Part shown: piece by piece, positions 28,101-43,100 of the stretch
How positions within the stretch are numbered: the stretch's first letter is position 1
Layout of the letters: each line of letters begins with the position of its first letter
DNA from: Eledone cirrhosa
Taxonomy: Eukaryota
DNA: 64,000 bases
Assembly: GCA_964016885.1 (NCBI GenBank)
Contig: OZ024749.1
Coordinates: 10,478,001 to 10,542,000 of the forward strand
Direction of reading: 5' to 3'
The notes under the pieces: model-generated
The model's input: the letters and a program-made list of their open reading frames with translations, nothing else
Told to the model about the DNA's origin: nothing
The model's database searches: none
Program-made: the position numbers and the translations under genes

Positions 28101-31100
28101 CTAGAGCTCGCATTAGGTGAAAACCTGCATTTTTTCCTGCTTCATCAAGGAAAATCTTAACGATTATCCAGCCATCAGAGTATTCGGTTTATTTTCTTTA
28201 CATATTGTCCAGGCATGCAGTTTTTCCATGATTAGGTCTGTTGGCGGCCCGCGTTCCAAAATACCTTATCCTGTGCAATGCCGGGTACCACTGCTAGTAC
28301 TCAATAAAAATAAGACTAATAATAATGATAATGTTTCTACTCTTGGCAGAAGTTCCAGCAATTTCCCCAATGCATAACTGGTGCTTTTTGTCGACCCTAT
28401 AAGGATGAAAGACAAATTTAACCCTGGCAGGATTTGAGCTCGAAAGGTAAAGGGCCATAACTCTATGCTGCAAAGCATGGTGTCCGACGTTCTACCGATA
28501 CTGCCACACCACTGCCCTACAATGATAATAATAATTGTTTCTACTTTTGGCACAAGGCCAGCAATTACTCAGAGCATTACTGGTACATTATTTTATTGAC
28601 CCCGTAAGGATGAAAAGAAAAGTTAACCTCGGCGGGATTTGAACTCAGAATGACAAGGGCCGTAACTCTATACGTCAAAGCATGGCATCCGACCCTCTAC
28701 CGATACTGCCAATCCAATAATAATAGTGTTAGTTTCATCTCTTCTTTATAATAACATTTTCAAGGACTGTAACTATAATGTGTTCAATTATTTAAATAGC
28801 GTTTAACAGTAGATACTGAAATATAAAAAAGACTTACAGTTTTGCTTTTATCTGGTACCAACGAATCCCAAATACTGCTCATTGCCCTCTGTATTTTGGG
28901 GTTAGGGTCAAATTGATAGCGATAGAGTCTTGGTACGATCTGTGGAAGATAAGGGGCCAACTGCTCCCCTGCATATTGTGCTATAGTACTAAAGCCGAAT
29001 GCTGCACCCTGAAAAAGAGTTCAAAATAATGGAAATATATTCAGAAAAATATTTTTAAAATAATTACACATGACTATAAGAAAGAGTGAGAGCAAGTGCT
29101 TGGGTTGTGGAGGTGGGCTTGAAGAGGGGTAAAGTGACAACTAGCTGCTCATTGTATGGGGAGGATTATAAGATAGTTTTTATACAGAACTATATAGCCA
29201 AAAAAGGGGTGAGAGGACCCTGCAGGTATGGGGTGGGGTTCATAAGACAGTTATATACAGAACTGTATTACCCCAAAAAATGAATGAGAGGATTCTTCAG
29301 TTGTGTCAAGGACATGACAACCTTTCTAGTGATGGTGATATATGATAAAATATACCCAGTACACCTGCAAAGTGATAGTAAAGGCATCCAAAACTTAAAG
29401 ATCTAAGAAGACTCTTCATTTGTGTCAAGGACATGGCAGCCTCTCAAGTGTTGATGACACAATGAAGGGCATTTAGTATGCTCTGTAAAATGGTTGTACT
29501 GGTGCCATGATAAAAACACTCAGTACATTCTGTAAAGTGGTTGTGCTCGTGCCATGATACTTGGTAGAGTGCAGGAATGTGTGTAAGCAGAATGCAAGCT
29601 CCCATGGCATCTAAGAGGTCAGTAGCTCCACTTGAATAGACAGTCTGTGATGATCTCCATCAAACCCTTGCTAGCAGGGAAAATAGAAAATGATGATGAT
29701 GGTGGAAGAATTTTTATGCAAAAAAAAAGCATTCGTCAAAAAAAAATTAAATGAAAATTTTACTTTTTTAGAGTTCCATGTAGCCTGGTGATTTGCCAAG
29801 TGCATGAATTTATAAATGAGATCAGGTTGGTTCAAATCAGTTGCAATGGAACAGAGTTCTCTGTATGTAGACATGGAACTTCTGAAACAGATAATAGAAA
29901 AAATAGAAAACATTTCAAAAAGCAGAAGAGCCAATCATCAAATTGAACCAAGGAAACAATGTTTCCATTGCGGACACTGTCTGACGGAAGGAGACATCAG
30001 ATCTGACCAAGGAGACAATGTTTCCATTAGTCTTTCCATTGCTGACACTATTTGTTGCTTACAACTTCTGGAAAAGGAAGCAGGATTTGAACTGAGAACA
30101 CACAGTGACAGATTCGATACTGCAAAGCAACCTCTCCAACTCTTTAATAATTCCACCAAATTTATCACTCCTGGACTTTATTGAAAGGATGAAAATTAAA
30201 GTTGACCTCAGTAAGATTTGAACTCAGAGAGCCAGGACAAACACTGAAAGCCATTTTATTTTACACTCTAACGCCTCTGCCAAGTTACTCCTTCAAATGG
30301 TACACACACACAATCATCACTGTTTAATATCGATTTTTCCTTGCTAGCATGGGTTAGACGAGTTGTCTCGTTGTGAGACAAGCCAGATCAGATGACCACG
30401 TCCTGCTCACACAAGGCTGATTTTGGCTTGGAAGCCCTTTCTAAGACCAACCACATTTAGTGTGGGCTGGGTGCTTTTTGTGTGACAACTACATGACCGC
30501 TTGACAGTGTGGGCTGGGTGCTTTTTGTGTGACAACTACATGACCGCTTGACTGTGGGCTGGGTGCTTTTTGTGTGACAACTACATGACCGCTTGACAGT
30601 GTGGGCTGGGTGCTTTTTGTGTGACAACTACATGACCACTTGACAGTGTGGGCTGGGTGCTTTTTGTCGTGACAACTACATGACCACTTGACAGTGTGGG
30701 CTGGGTGCTTTTTGTGTGACAACTACATGACCACTTTACAGTGTGGGCTGGGTGCTTTTTGTGTGACAACTACATGACCACTTGACAGTGTGGGCTGGGT
30801 GCTTTTCATGTGACAACTACATGACCACTTGACAGTGTGGGCTGGGTGCTTTTTGTCGTGACAACTACATGACCACTTGACAGTGTGGGCTGGGTGCTTT
30901 TTGTGTGACAACTACATGACCACTTTACAGTGTGGGCTGGGTGCTTTTTGTGTGACAACTACATGACCACTTGACAGTGTGGGCTGGGTGCTTTTTGTCG
31001 TGACAACTACATGACCACTTGACAGTGTGGGCTGGGTGCTTTTTGTGTGACAACTACATGACCACTTGACAGTGTGGGCTGGGTGCTTTTTGTGTGACAA

Positions 31101-34100
31101 CTACATGACCACTTGACAGTGTGGGCTGGGTGCTTTTCATGTGACAACTACATGACCACTTGACAGTGTGGGCTGGGTGCTTTTCATGTGACAACTACAT
31201 GACCACTTGACAGTGTGGGCTGGGTGCTTTTTGTGTGACAACTACATGACCAATTGACAGTGTGGGCTGGGTGCTTTTCATGTGACAACTACATGACCAA
31301 TTGACAGTGTGGGCTGGGTGCTTTTCATGTGACAACTACATGACCAATTGACAGTGTGGGCTGGGTGCTTTTCATGTGACAACTACATGACCACTTGACA
31401 ATGTGGGCTGGGTGCTTTTCATGTGACAACTACATGACCACTTGACAGTGTGGGCTGGGTGCTTTTTGTGTGACAACTACATGACCACTTGACAGTGTGG
31501 GCTGGGTGCTTTTCATGTGACAACTACATGACCACTTGACAGTGTGGGCTGGGTGCTTTTTGTGTGACAACTACATGACCACTTGACAGTGTGGGCTGGG
31601 TGCTTTTTGTGTGACAACTACATGACCAATTGACAGTGTGGGCTGGGTGCTTTTTGTGTGACAACTACATGACCACTTGACAGTGTGGGCTGGGTGCTTT
31701 TTGTGTGACAACTACATGACCACTTGACAGTGTGGGCTGGGTGCTTTTCATGTGACAACTACATGACCACTTGACAGTGTGGGCTGGGTGCTTTTCATGT
31801 GACAACTACATGACCACTTGACAGTGTGGGCTGGGTGCTTTTTGTGTGACAACTACATGACCAATTGACAGTGTGGGCTGGGTGCTTTTCATGTGACAAC
31901 TACATGACCAATTGACAGTGTGGGCTGGGTGCTTTTCATGTGACAACTACATGACCAATTGACAGTGTGGGCTGGGTGCTTTTCATGTGACAACTACATG
32001 ACCACTTGACAATGTGGGCTGGGTGCTTTTCATGTGACAACTACATGACCACTTGACAGTGTGGGCTGGGTGCTTTTTGTGTGACAACTACATGACCACT
32101 TGACAGTGTGGGCTGGGTGCTTTTCATGTGACAACTACATGACCACTTGACAGTGTGGGCTGGGTGCTTTTTGTGTGACAACTACATGACCACTTGACAG
32201 TGTGGGCTGGGTGCTTTTCATGTGACAACTACATGACCACTTGACAGTGTGGGCTGGGTGCTTTTTGTCGTGACAACTACATGACCACTTGACAGTGTGG
32301 GCTGGGTGCTTTTTGTGTGACAACTACATGACCACTTTACAGTGTGGGCTGGGTGCTTTTTGTGTGACAACTACATGACCACTTGACAGTGTGGGCTGGG
32401 TGCTTTTTGTCGTGACAACTACATGACCACTTGACAGTGTGGGCTGGGTGCTTTTTGTGTGACAACTACATGACCACTTGACAGTGTGGGCTGGGTGCTT
32501 TTTGTGTGACAACTACATGACCACTTGACAGTGTGGGCTGGGTGCTTTTCATGTGACAACTACATGACCACTTGACAGTGTGGGCTGGGTGCTTTTCATG
32601 TGACAACTACATGACCACTTGACAGTGTGGGCTGGGTGCTTTTCATGTGACAACTACATGACCACTTTACAGTGTGGGCTGGGTGCTTTTTGTGTGACAA
32701 CTACATGACCAATTGACAGTGTGGGCTGGGTGCTTTTCATGTGACAACTACATGACCAATTGACAGTGTGGGCTGGGTGCTTTTCATGTGACAACTACAT
32801 GACCAATTGACAGTGTGGGCTGGGTGCTTTTCATGTGACAACTACATGACCAATTGACAGTGTGGGCTGGGTGCTTTTCATGTGACAACTACATGACCAA
32901 TTGACAGTGTGGGCTGGGTGCTTTTCATGTGACAACTACATGACCACTTGACAATGTGGGCTGGGTGCTTTTCATGTGACAACTACATGACCACTTGACA
33001 GTGTGGGCTGGGTGCTTTTTGTGTGACAACTACATGACCACTTGACAGTGTGGGCTGGGTGCTTTTTGTGTGACAACTACATGACCACTTGACAGTGTGG
33101 GCTGGGTGCTTTTTGTGTGACAACTACATGACCAATTGACAGTGTGGGCTGGGTGCTTTTCATGTGACAACTACATGACCAATTGACAGTGTGGGCTGGG
33201 TGCTTTTCATGTGACAACTACATGACCAATTGACAGTGTGGGCTGGGTGCTTTTCATGTGACAACTACATGACCACTTGACAGTGTGGGCTGGGTGCTTT
33301 TTGTGTGACAACTACATGACCACTTGACAGTGTGGGCTGGGTGCTTTTCATGTGACAACTACATGACCACTTGACAATGTGGGCTGGGTGCTTTTTGTCG
33401 TGACAACTACATGACCACTTTACAGAGTGGGCTGGGTGCTTTTCATGTGACAACTACATGACCACTTGACAGTGTGGGCTGGGTGCTTTATGTGTGACAA
33501 CTACATGACCACTTGACAGTGTGGGCTGGGTGCTTTTTGTCGTGACAACTACATGACCACTTTACAGTGTGGGCTGGGTGCTTTTCATGTGACAACTACA
33601 TGACCACTTGACAATGTGGGCTGGGTGCTTTTTGTCGTGACAACTACATGACCACTTGACAGTGTGGGCTGGGTGCTTTATGTGTGACAACTACATGACC
33701 ACTTGACAGTGTGGGCTGGGTGCTTTTTGTCGTGACAACTACATGACCACTTTACAGTGTGGGCTGGGTGCTTTATGTGTGACAACTACATGACCACTTT
33801 ACAGAGTGGGCTGGGTGCTTTTCATGTGACAACTACATGACCACTTGACAGTGTGGGCTGGGTGCTTTTTGTGTGACAACTACATGACCACTTGACAGTG
33901 TGGGCTGGGTGCTTTTTGTGTGACAACTACATGACCACTTGACAGTGTGGGCTGGGTGCTTTATGTGTGACAACTACATGACCACTTTACAGTGTGGGCT
34001 GGGTGCTTTTCATGTGACAACTACATGACCACTTGACAGTGTGGGCTGGGTGCTTTTTGTGTGACAACTACATGACCACTTGACAGTGTGGGCTGGGTGC

Positions 34101-37100
34101 TTTTTGTGTGACAACTACATGACCACTTGACAGTGTGGGCTGGGTGCTTTTCATGTGACAACTACATGACCACTTGACAGTGTGGGCTGGGTGCTTTTCA
34201 TGTGACAACTACATGACCACTTGACAGTGTGGGCTGGGTGCTTTTCATGTGACAACTACATGACCACTTTACAGTGTGGGCTGGGTGCTTTATGTGTGAC
34301 AACTACATGACCACTTTACAGAGTGGGCTGGGTGCTTTTCATGTGACAACTACATGACCACTTGACAGTGTGGGCTGGGTGCTTTTTGTGTGACAACTAC
34401 ATGACCACTTGACAGTGTGGGCTGGGTGCTTTTTGTGTGACAACTACATGACCACTTGACAGTGTGGGCTGGGTGCTTTATGTGTGACAACTACATGACC
34501 ACTTTACAGTGTGGGCTGGGTGCTTTTCATGTGACAACTACATGACCACTTTACAGTGTGGGCTGGGTGCTTTTCATGTGACAACTACATGACCACTTGA
34601 CAGTGTGGGCTGGGTGCTTTTTGTGTGACAACTACATGACCACTTGACAGTGTGGGCTGGGTGCTTTTCATGTGACAACTACATGACCACTTGACAGTGT
34701 GGGCTGGGTGCTTTTTGTGTGACAACTACATGACCACTTGACAGTGTGGGCTGGGTGCTTTTCATGTGACAACTACATGACCACTTGACAGTGTGGGCTG
34801 GGCGCTTTTTGTGTGACAACTACATGACCACTTGACAGTGTGGGCTGGGTGCTTTTCATGTGACAACTACATGACCAATTGACAGTGTGGGCTGGGTGCT
34901 TTTCATGTGACAACTACATGACCACTTGACAGTGTGGGCTGGGTGCTTTTCATGTGACAACTACATGACCACTTTACAGAGTGGGCTGGGTGCTTTTCAT
35001 GTGACAACTACATGACCACTTTACAGTGTGGGCTGGGTGCTTTTTGTGTGACAACTACATGACCACTTGACAGTGTGGGCTGGGTGCTTTTTGTGTGACA
35101 ACTACATGACCACTTGACAGTGTGGGCTGGGTGCTTTTTGTGTGACAACTACATGACCACTTGACAGTGTGGGCTGGGTGCTTTTTGTGTGACAACTACA
35201 TGACTACTTGACAGTGTGGGCTGGGTGCTTTTCATGTGACAACTACATGACCAATTGACAGTGTGGGCTGGGTGCTTTTCATGTGACAACTACATGACCA
35301 CTTGACAGTGTGGGCTGGGTGCTTTTTGTGTGACAACTACATGACCACTTGACAGTGTGGGCTGGGTGCTTTTTGTGTGACAACTACATGACTACTTGAC
35401 AGTGTGGGCTGGGTGCTTTTCATGTGACAACTACATGACCACTTGACAGTGTGGGCTGGGTGCTTTTCATGTGACAACTACATGACCACTTGACAGTGTG
35501 GGCTGGGTGCTTTTTGTGTGACAACTACATGACCACTTGACAGTGTGGGCTGGGTGCTTTTTGTGTGACAACTACATGACTACTTGACAGTGTGGGCTGG
35601 GTGCTTTTTGTGTGACAACTACATGACCACTTGACAGTGTGGGCTGGGTGCTTTTTGTGTGACAACTACATGACCACTTGACAGTGTGGGCTGGGTGCTT
35701 TTTGTGTGACAACTACATGACTACTTGACAGTGTGGGCTGGGTGCTTTTTGTGTGACAACTACATGACCACTTTACAGTGTGGGCTGGGTGCTTTTTGTG
35801 TGACAACTACATGACCACTTTACAGTGTGGGCTGGGTGCTTTTCATGTGACAACTACATGACCACTTGACAGTGTGGGCTGGGTGCTTTTTGTGTGACAA
35901 CTACATGACCACTTGACAGTGTGGGCTGGGTGCTTTTTGTGTGACAACTACATGACCACTTGACAGTGTGGGCTGGGTGCTTTTCATGTGACAACTACAT
36001 GACCACTTGACAGTGTGGGCTGGGTGCTTTTTGTGTGACAACTACATGACCACTTGACAGTGTGGGCTGGGTGCTTTTCATGTGACAACTACATGACCAC
36101 TTGACAGTGTGGGCTGGGTGCTTTTCATGTGACAACTACATGACCACTTGACAGTGTGGGCTGGGTGCTTTTTGTGTGACAACTACATGACCACTTGACA
36201 GTGTGGGCTGGGTGCTTTTCATGTGACAACTACATGACCACTTGACAGTGTGGGCTGGGTGCTTTTTGTGTGACAACTACATGACCACTTGACAGTGTGG
36301 GCTGGGTGCTTTTTGTGTGACAACTACATGACTACTTGACAGTGTGGGCTGGGTGCTTTTTGTGTGACAACTACATGACCACTTTACAGTGTGGGCTGGG
36401 TGCTTTTTGTGTGACAACTACATGACCACTTTACAGTGTGGGCTGGGTGCTTTTCATGTGACAACTACATGACCACTTGACAGTGTGGGCTGGGTGCTTT
36501 TTGTGTGACAACTACATGACCACTTGACAGTGTGGGCTGGGTGCTTTTTGTGTGACAACTACATGACCACTTGACAGTGTGGGCTGGGTGCTTTTCATGT
36601 GACAACTACATGACCACTTGACAGTGTGGGCTGGGTGCTTTTTGTGTGACAACTACATGACCACTTGACAGTGTGGGCTGGGTGCTTTTCATGTGACAAC
36701 TACATGACCACTTGACAGTGTGGGCTGGGTGCTTTTCATGTGACAACTACATGACCACTTTACAGTGTGAGCTGGGTGCTTTTTGTGTGACAACTACATG
36801 ACTACTTGACAGTGTGGGCTGGGTGCTTTTTGTGTGACAACTACATGACCACTTGACAGTGTGGGCTGGGTGCTTTTCGTGTGACAACTACATGACCACT
36901 TGACAGTGTGGGCTGGGTGCTTTTCATGTGACAACTACATGACCACTTGACAGTGTGGGCTGGGTGCTTTTTGTGTGACAACTACATGACCACTTGACAG
37001 TGTGGGCTGGGTGCTTTTCGTGTGACAACTACATGACTACTTGACAGTGTGGGCTGGGTGCTTTTTGTGTGACAACTACATGACCACTTGACAGTGTGGG

Positions 37101-40100
37101 CTGGGTGCTTTTCGTGTGACAACTACATGACCACTTGACAGTGTGGGCTGGGTGCTTTTTGTGTGACAACTACATGACCACTTGACAGTGTGGGCTGGGT
37201 GCTTTTCATGTGACAACTACATGACCACTTTACAGTGTGAGCTGGGTGCTTTTTGTGTGACAACTACATGACCAATTGACAGTGTGAGCTGGGTGCTTTT
37301 TGTGTGACAACTACATGACCAATTGACAGTGTGAGCTGGGTGCTTTTTGTCGTGACAACTACATGACCACTTTACAGAGTGGGCTGGGTGCTTTTCATGT
37401 GACAACTACATGACCACTTGACAGTGTGGGCTGGGTGCTTTTTGTGTGACAACTACATGACCACTTGACAGTGTGGGCTGGGTGCTTTTTGTGTGACAAC
37501 TACATGACCACTTGACAGTGTGGGCTGGGTGCTTTTTGTGTGACAACTACATGACCACTTGACAGTGTGGGCTGGGTGCTTTTTGTGTGACAACTACATG
37601 ACCACTTGACAGTGTGGGCTGGGTGCTTTTTGTCGTGACAACTACATGACCACTTTACAGAGTGGGCTGGGTGCTTTTCATGTGACAACTACATGACCAC
37701 TTGACAGTGTGGGCTGGGTGCTTTTTGTGTGACAACTACATGACCACTTGACAGTGTGGGCTGGGTGCTTTTCGTGTGACAACTACATGACTACTTGACA
37801 GTGTGGGCTGGGTGCTTTTCATGTGACAACTACATGACCACTTGACAGTGTGGGCTGGGTGCTTTTTGTCGTGACAACTACATGACCACTTTACAGAGTG
37901 GGCTGGGTGCTTTTCATGTGACAACTACATGACCACTTGACAGTGTGGGCTGGGTGCTTTTTGTGTGACAACTACATGACCACTTGACAATGTGGGCTGG
38001 GTGCTTTTTGTGTGACAACTACATGACCACTTGACAGTGTGGGCTGGGTGCTTTTCATGTGACAACTACATGACCACTTGACAGTGTGGGCTGGGTGCTT
38101 TTTGTCGTGACAACTACATGACCACTTTACAGAGTGGGCTGGGTGCTTTTCATGTGACAACTACATGACCACTTGACAGTGTGGGCTGGGTGCTTTTTGT
38201 CGTGACAACTACATGACCACTTTACAGTGTGGGCTGGGTGCTTTTCGTGTGACAACTACATGACCACTTTACAGTGTGGGCTGGGTGCTTTTTGTCGTGA
38301 CAACTACATGACCACTTTACAGTGTGGGCTGGGTGCTTTTCGTGTGACAACTACATGACTACTTGACAGTGTGGGCTGGGTGCTTTTTGTCGTGACAACT
38401 ACATGACCACTTTACAGAGTGGGCTGGGTGCTTTTCATGTGACAACTACATGACCACTTGACAGTGTGGGCTGGGTGCTTTTTGTGTGACAACTACATGA
38501 CCACTTGACAATGTGGGCTGGGTGCTTTTTGTGTGACAACTACATGACCACTTGACAGTGTGGGCTGGGTGCTTTTCATGTGACAACTACATGACCACTT
38601 GACAGTGTGGGCTGGGTGCTTTTTGTCGTGACAACTACATGACCACTTTACAGAGTGGGCTGGGTGCTTTTCATGTGACAACTACATGACCACTTGACAG
38701 TGTGGGCTGGGTGCTTTTTGTCGTGACAACTACATGACCACTTGACAATGTGGGCTGGGTGCTTTTTGTGTGACAACTACATGACCACTTGACAGTGTGG
38801 GCTGGGTGCTGGGAGATTTATCTGACAAAGGGTGGGGTGTTAGGCCATGGGAAGAGGAGGGTGAGGGAGTATTCTTCTCTATTATTGAAAAAGATTTCCC
38901 ACTTGATCACAAATATCATGATTTAATTAATAAAACTACCATTAAAATCTCTTACTCTACGACACCCAACATTGCTAATCACATAGCGAGTAGTAATAAC
39001 AAGAAAATTAGTAAATATTTTTTTTCTTGTAATTTAGATAGCAATTCACAACCAGTTGATATTGTACCTAATAATTTTAGTAAACACTCTCATAACATTA
39101 TTTTCTAGGACTTATAGGAATAATAATAGTAATTATAGCACTCATCTTAACTATAATAAAGAAGGGAGTGCAGGACTGCGTCCAGAATATATTTTTTTAT
39201 CCCGTTTGTAAAATAAGTTGGATTACTTTGAATAAATAATGAATGAATATTACATAATTTATCTACTAAATTTCGAAGCTTTTGATTAAATATAAATTTT
39301 ATTGCTTATTTAAAGATTCACTTCTATTAAAAGATTCAAATTTCAATACTTCCGGTATATCTATACTATAGAGAGAGGGAGGGAATGAAAGAGAAAGATG
39401 GAGCGATTTGGATTTTTTTCAACACGCTGATATGTGTGTGCATGTGTGCATGTGTGTATGTGTGCGTGTATGTTGTTGTTTGATTTTATAAAATTGCTAG
39501 AGCGAGAAAGAGAGAGAGATTGTATGTGTGAGTATATAAAGAGAAAGATACAGATAGATAGAGTGACTGTGACAGAGAAAGAGAGAGAGATTGTGAGTGA
39601 GCATATGAAGAGAGAGATACAAATAGATAGAATGACTGTGACAGATATATTGTTTTCATACGCGTTTTGCTGCTACCACTGTTGTTATGACTACCTCATA
39701 CTACTCTCTCTCTCTCTTATGACTACCTCATACTACTCTCTCTATGTCTGATGTATGAAATAGCAGACGATCATACATCGTTCTTTCATAACGTTTATAA
39801 TATTCCATCTCTCATTTATTTCAAACATACAATTTTAGTGTATTGGTTTATTGGTGAATCTACTCCAGTAGATTCCGCTAGCAAGCCAACCACTAATTCA
39901 ATACGAAAGAAGATATAGAAGTATTTTTTATATCAACATGTGTCAATAACAAATTATGTTTTATTTATTGTGGTGCGTGCATTACAACAGGTGATGAAAC
40001 ATGGCTTTCGGAAACATTTTTTCACGCTCAGAGTTGCTGAAGCATGGGACAAACTACCTGCATCAGTTGTTAGCTGTCAAGACACTGCATCCTTTAAAAC

Positions 40101-43100
40101 CTCCATGCTTCCCGAGATTCGCCAACACTACACCTAATGTTCCCCCTCCATAAACATACACACATGTATATCATGACTCATACACTATTCACTTCCCTGA
40201 CATTTGTATATTATTCTATGTACTATACATGCACCTTTGACAAGTTGTAGTGCACCTGAGCACTTTACACAATAATTTCATTATTATTATTATCATTATT
40301 ATTATAATCTCTAAGGGGAGTAACTCTTTTTAATTATTTTAGGGGTCGCTATACATTCATTTCAAAGATTTCTTTTCTCCGTGTCAGCTATATATATATA
40401 TATATATAATTTTTTTGTTTGTTTTAACATACATTTATTTCTAAGATTTCACCGTAGAGATAACATATATTTATACATACATGACAGAGAGTGAATATGG
40501 GACGCAGAAAACATTTCTCATCTAAATCCCAACGCATGGCAGCAGACACACAACGACAAAGAGAGATGAGGACAAATCAATCAAACAATAATCGCTCTAC
40601 AACATCCCAACAAATTTCTACAAATGTAATTCAGTTAACAAATACATCAAACGTTCAGAGAGGAAGGAACAGGTCAGGTCAATTGAAGGTCTGGCAAAGA
40701 ATCCTACAGATGACCCTTTCCAAGAGCAAACTGTTCTTTCCATAATGCCACAACATAATGCAGGGAGTCTCTTTGCCTCTGTTTGTCTGCACTGCAAAGC
40801 TTATCGCTGGCCACATGAACCCAAATCTCTGTGCTGCTTCCAGGGAAAAGTGAAACTCCCTCAACTTCCTCCTCCTCCACCAAATATACTGAAATATTTC
40901 GATGTCACTCAAGCAGGAAATTCTTTTCTCCATAAGATACGTGTATATAACATTGTGCTTGCCTTAGCTTCAATTGGTTGCAAAGAGATTAAAGTACTAG
41001 GATTTAGTCCCACATTTAAGATCCAAGGTAAGATTTGTCATATTATTGGATCACTTCTTCCAAGTGATGCTTCAACCAAGTTTACGCAGCTTTACTTCTA
41101 TGATACAGATCATGAGCTTCAGAATCGCTTGCATCATGCTAATTTAGATGCTGCTGTCCTGCAGGACTTGCAAGAAGACTTGCACTACTGCAACACCTTT
41201 ATAAGAAGCTTCAAGTCAGTCATTGAAATGCCAGTCTCTGAAAATGTGAATATTGTCCTACATGCTGACAAATAAAACCCACTAATTTTCATTGTCGCAG
41301 ATATAGTCTTCCCATTGCAATGGTACACGCTACATCATCATCAGTTTACATAATCATGTAATTGAAGCTGAAGTGGCATCGGGTCCCAATGCTGGAACAA
41401 GGTTGCTAATCCCAAGGATACCACATGTATCTCAAGAGCTTTAGTTCCCTTTCACCTTTACTCGCAAGCAATTTCCTGTCAAACCAGCCTTTGCCCTTAC
41501 ATGCAACAAGGCACAATGTCAATTCTGTCAATCCACTATTCTTTTTTTTTATGTCAATTCTGTCAATCCACTGTTCTTTAATGTCAATTCTGTCAATCTA
41601 CTGTTCTTTAATGTCAATTCCGTCAATCCACTGTCCTTTAATGTCAATTCTGTCAATCAACTCCTCTTTAATGTCAATTCTGTCAATCAACTCCTCTTTA
41701 ATGTCAATTCTGTCAACCCACTGCTCTTTAATCCTTTAGCATTTAAATCAGCTGTATCTGACCATAATTCTCTCATCTCTTTCTGTTCAAACCAGCTGTA
41801 ACCAGCTGCTCATACTGATGTTATGGTATTATTCTCAAAATAAATTATCTCAAAATCTCATAGATTCAATATTATATGAGATAATTATGTGAGGTAAAGC
41901 CTTTACCATGAAAATATAATGGTAAATATAGAGTAATGTAAATGTTATGTGAGGTAAAGCCTTTACCATGAAAATATAACGGTAAATATAGAGTAATGTA
42001 AATGTTATGTGAGGTAAAGCCTTTACTATGAAAATATAACGGTAAATATAGAGTAATGTAAATGTTATGTGAGGTAAAGCGTTAACCATGAAAATATAAT
42101 GGTAAATATAGAGTAATGTAAATGTTATGTGAGGTAAAGCGTTAACCATGAAAATATAATGGTAAATATAGAGTAATGTAAATGTTATGTGAGGTAAAGC
42201 CTTTACCATGAAAATATAATGGTAAATATAGAGTAATGTAAATGTTATGTGAGGTAAAGCCTTTACCATGAAAATATAATGGTAAATATAGAGTAATGTA
42301 AATGTTATGTGAGGTAAAGCCTTTACCATGAAAATATAATGGTAAATATAGAGTAATGTAAATGGTTAATGTCAAAAAAAGGAGACAAAAAATATTTAAA
42401 TTTAAAATAATTTGTATTGAATCTCACCCTTCAGGCGTTTTTCCTAAGCTACCAGCAGAAAATATTTCTGTGTCTTCTGTGACATGTGTCTGTACACTAG
42501 AATAATAAAAAAAATGATAATAGAAGAGAAAGAATATTAATATATTTGGTGACATGAAAAAAATAAAAAATAAATAGAAATAAAAAAAGCCCCAGAAATG
42601 TTTATTAAAAGTCCCCAGAATTGTTTATTAAAAGTCCCCAGAAATGTTTATTAAAAAGCCCCAGAATTGTTTATTAAAAGTCCTCAGAAATTTTTATTAA
42701 AAAGTCCCAGAGATGCTTATTAAAAGTCCCCAGAAATGTTTATTAAAAAGCCCCAGAATTTTTTTATTAAAAGTCAACAGAAATGTTTATTAAAAAGCCC
42801 CAGAATTTTTTATTAAAAGTCCCAGAAATGGTTATTTAAAAAGCTGCAGAAATGTTTATTAAAAAGCCCCAGAAATGTTTATTAAAAAGAAAGCATATGG
42901 AGATGAAACAATAAGACAAAGAAAGAAATAAAAAACATATTAAAAATGTCTGAGAATTACCGTTTTCCAGTAAGTAATGTGTCAACAAGTTCTGAAACAA
43001 GGGAGTCTTTTTGTTCCTTGGAACAGTTTTCATAGACGAGAGACAGACCTTCCGATGTGATATCTTGGGTGATTTCTATGGTATTATAGAAAAGAAAATA

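Noticed and set aside
30459-38810. Possible CRISPR-like array (also the 34-, 50- and 55-bp arrays)
   Set aside because: The units are head-to-tail with no unique spacers, there are no cas genes, and the context is a eukaryotic intron.
41850-42375. Repetitive hydrophobic ORFs
   Set aside because: They are translations of the 60-bp MITE-internal repeat.
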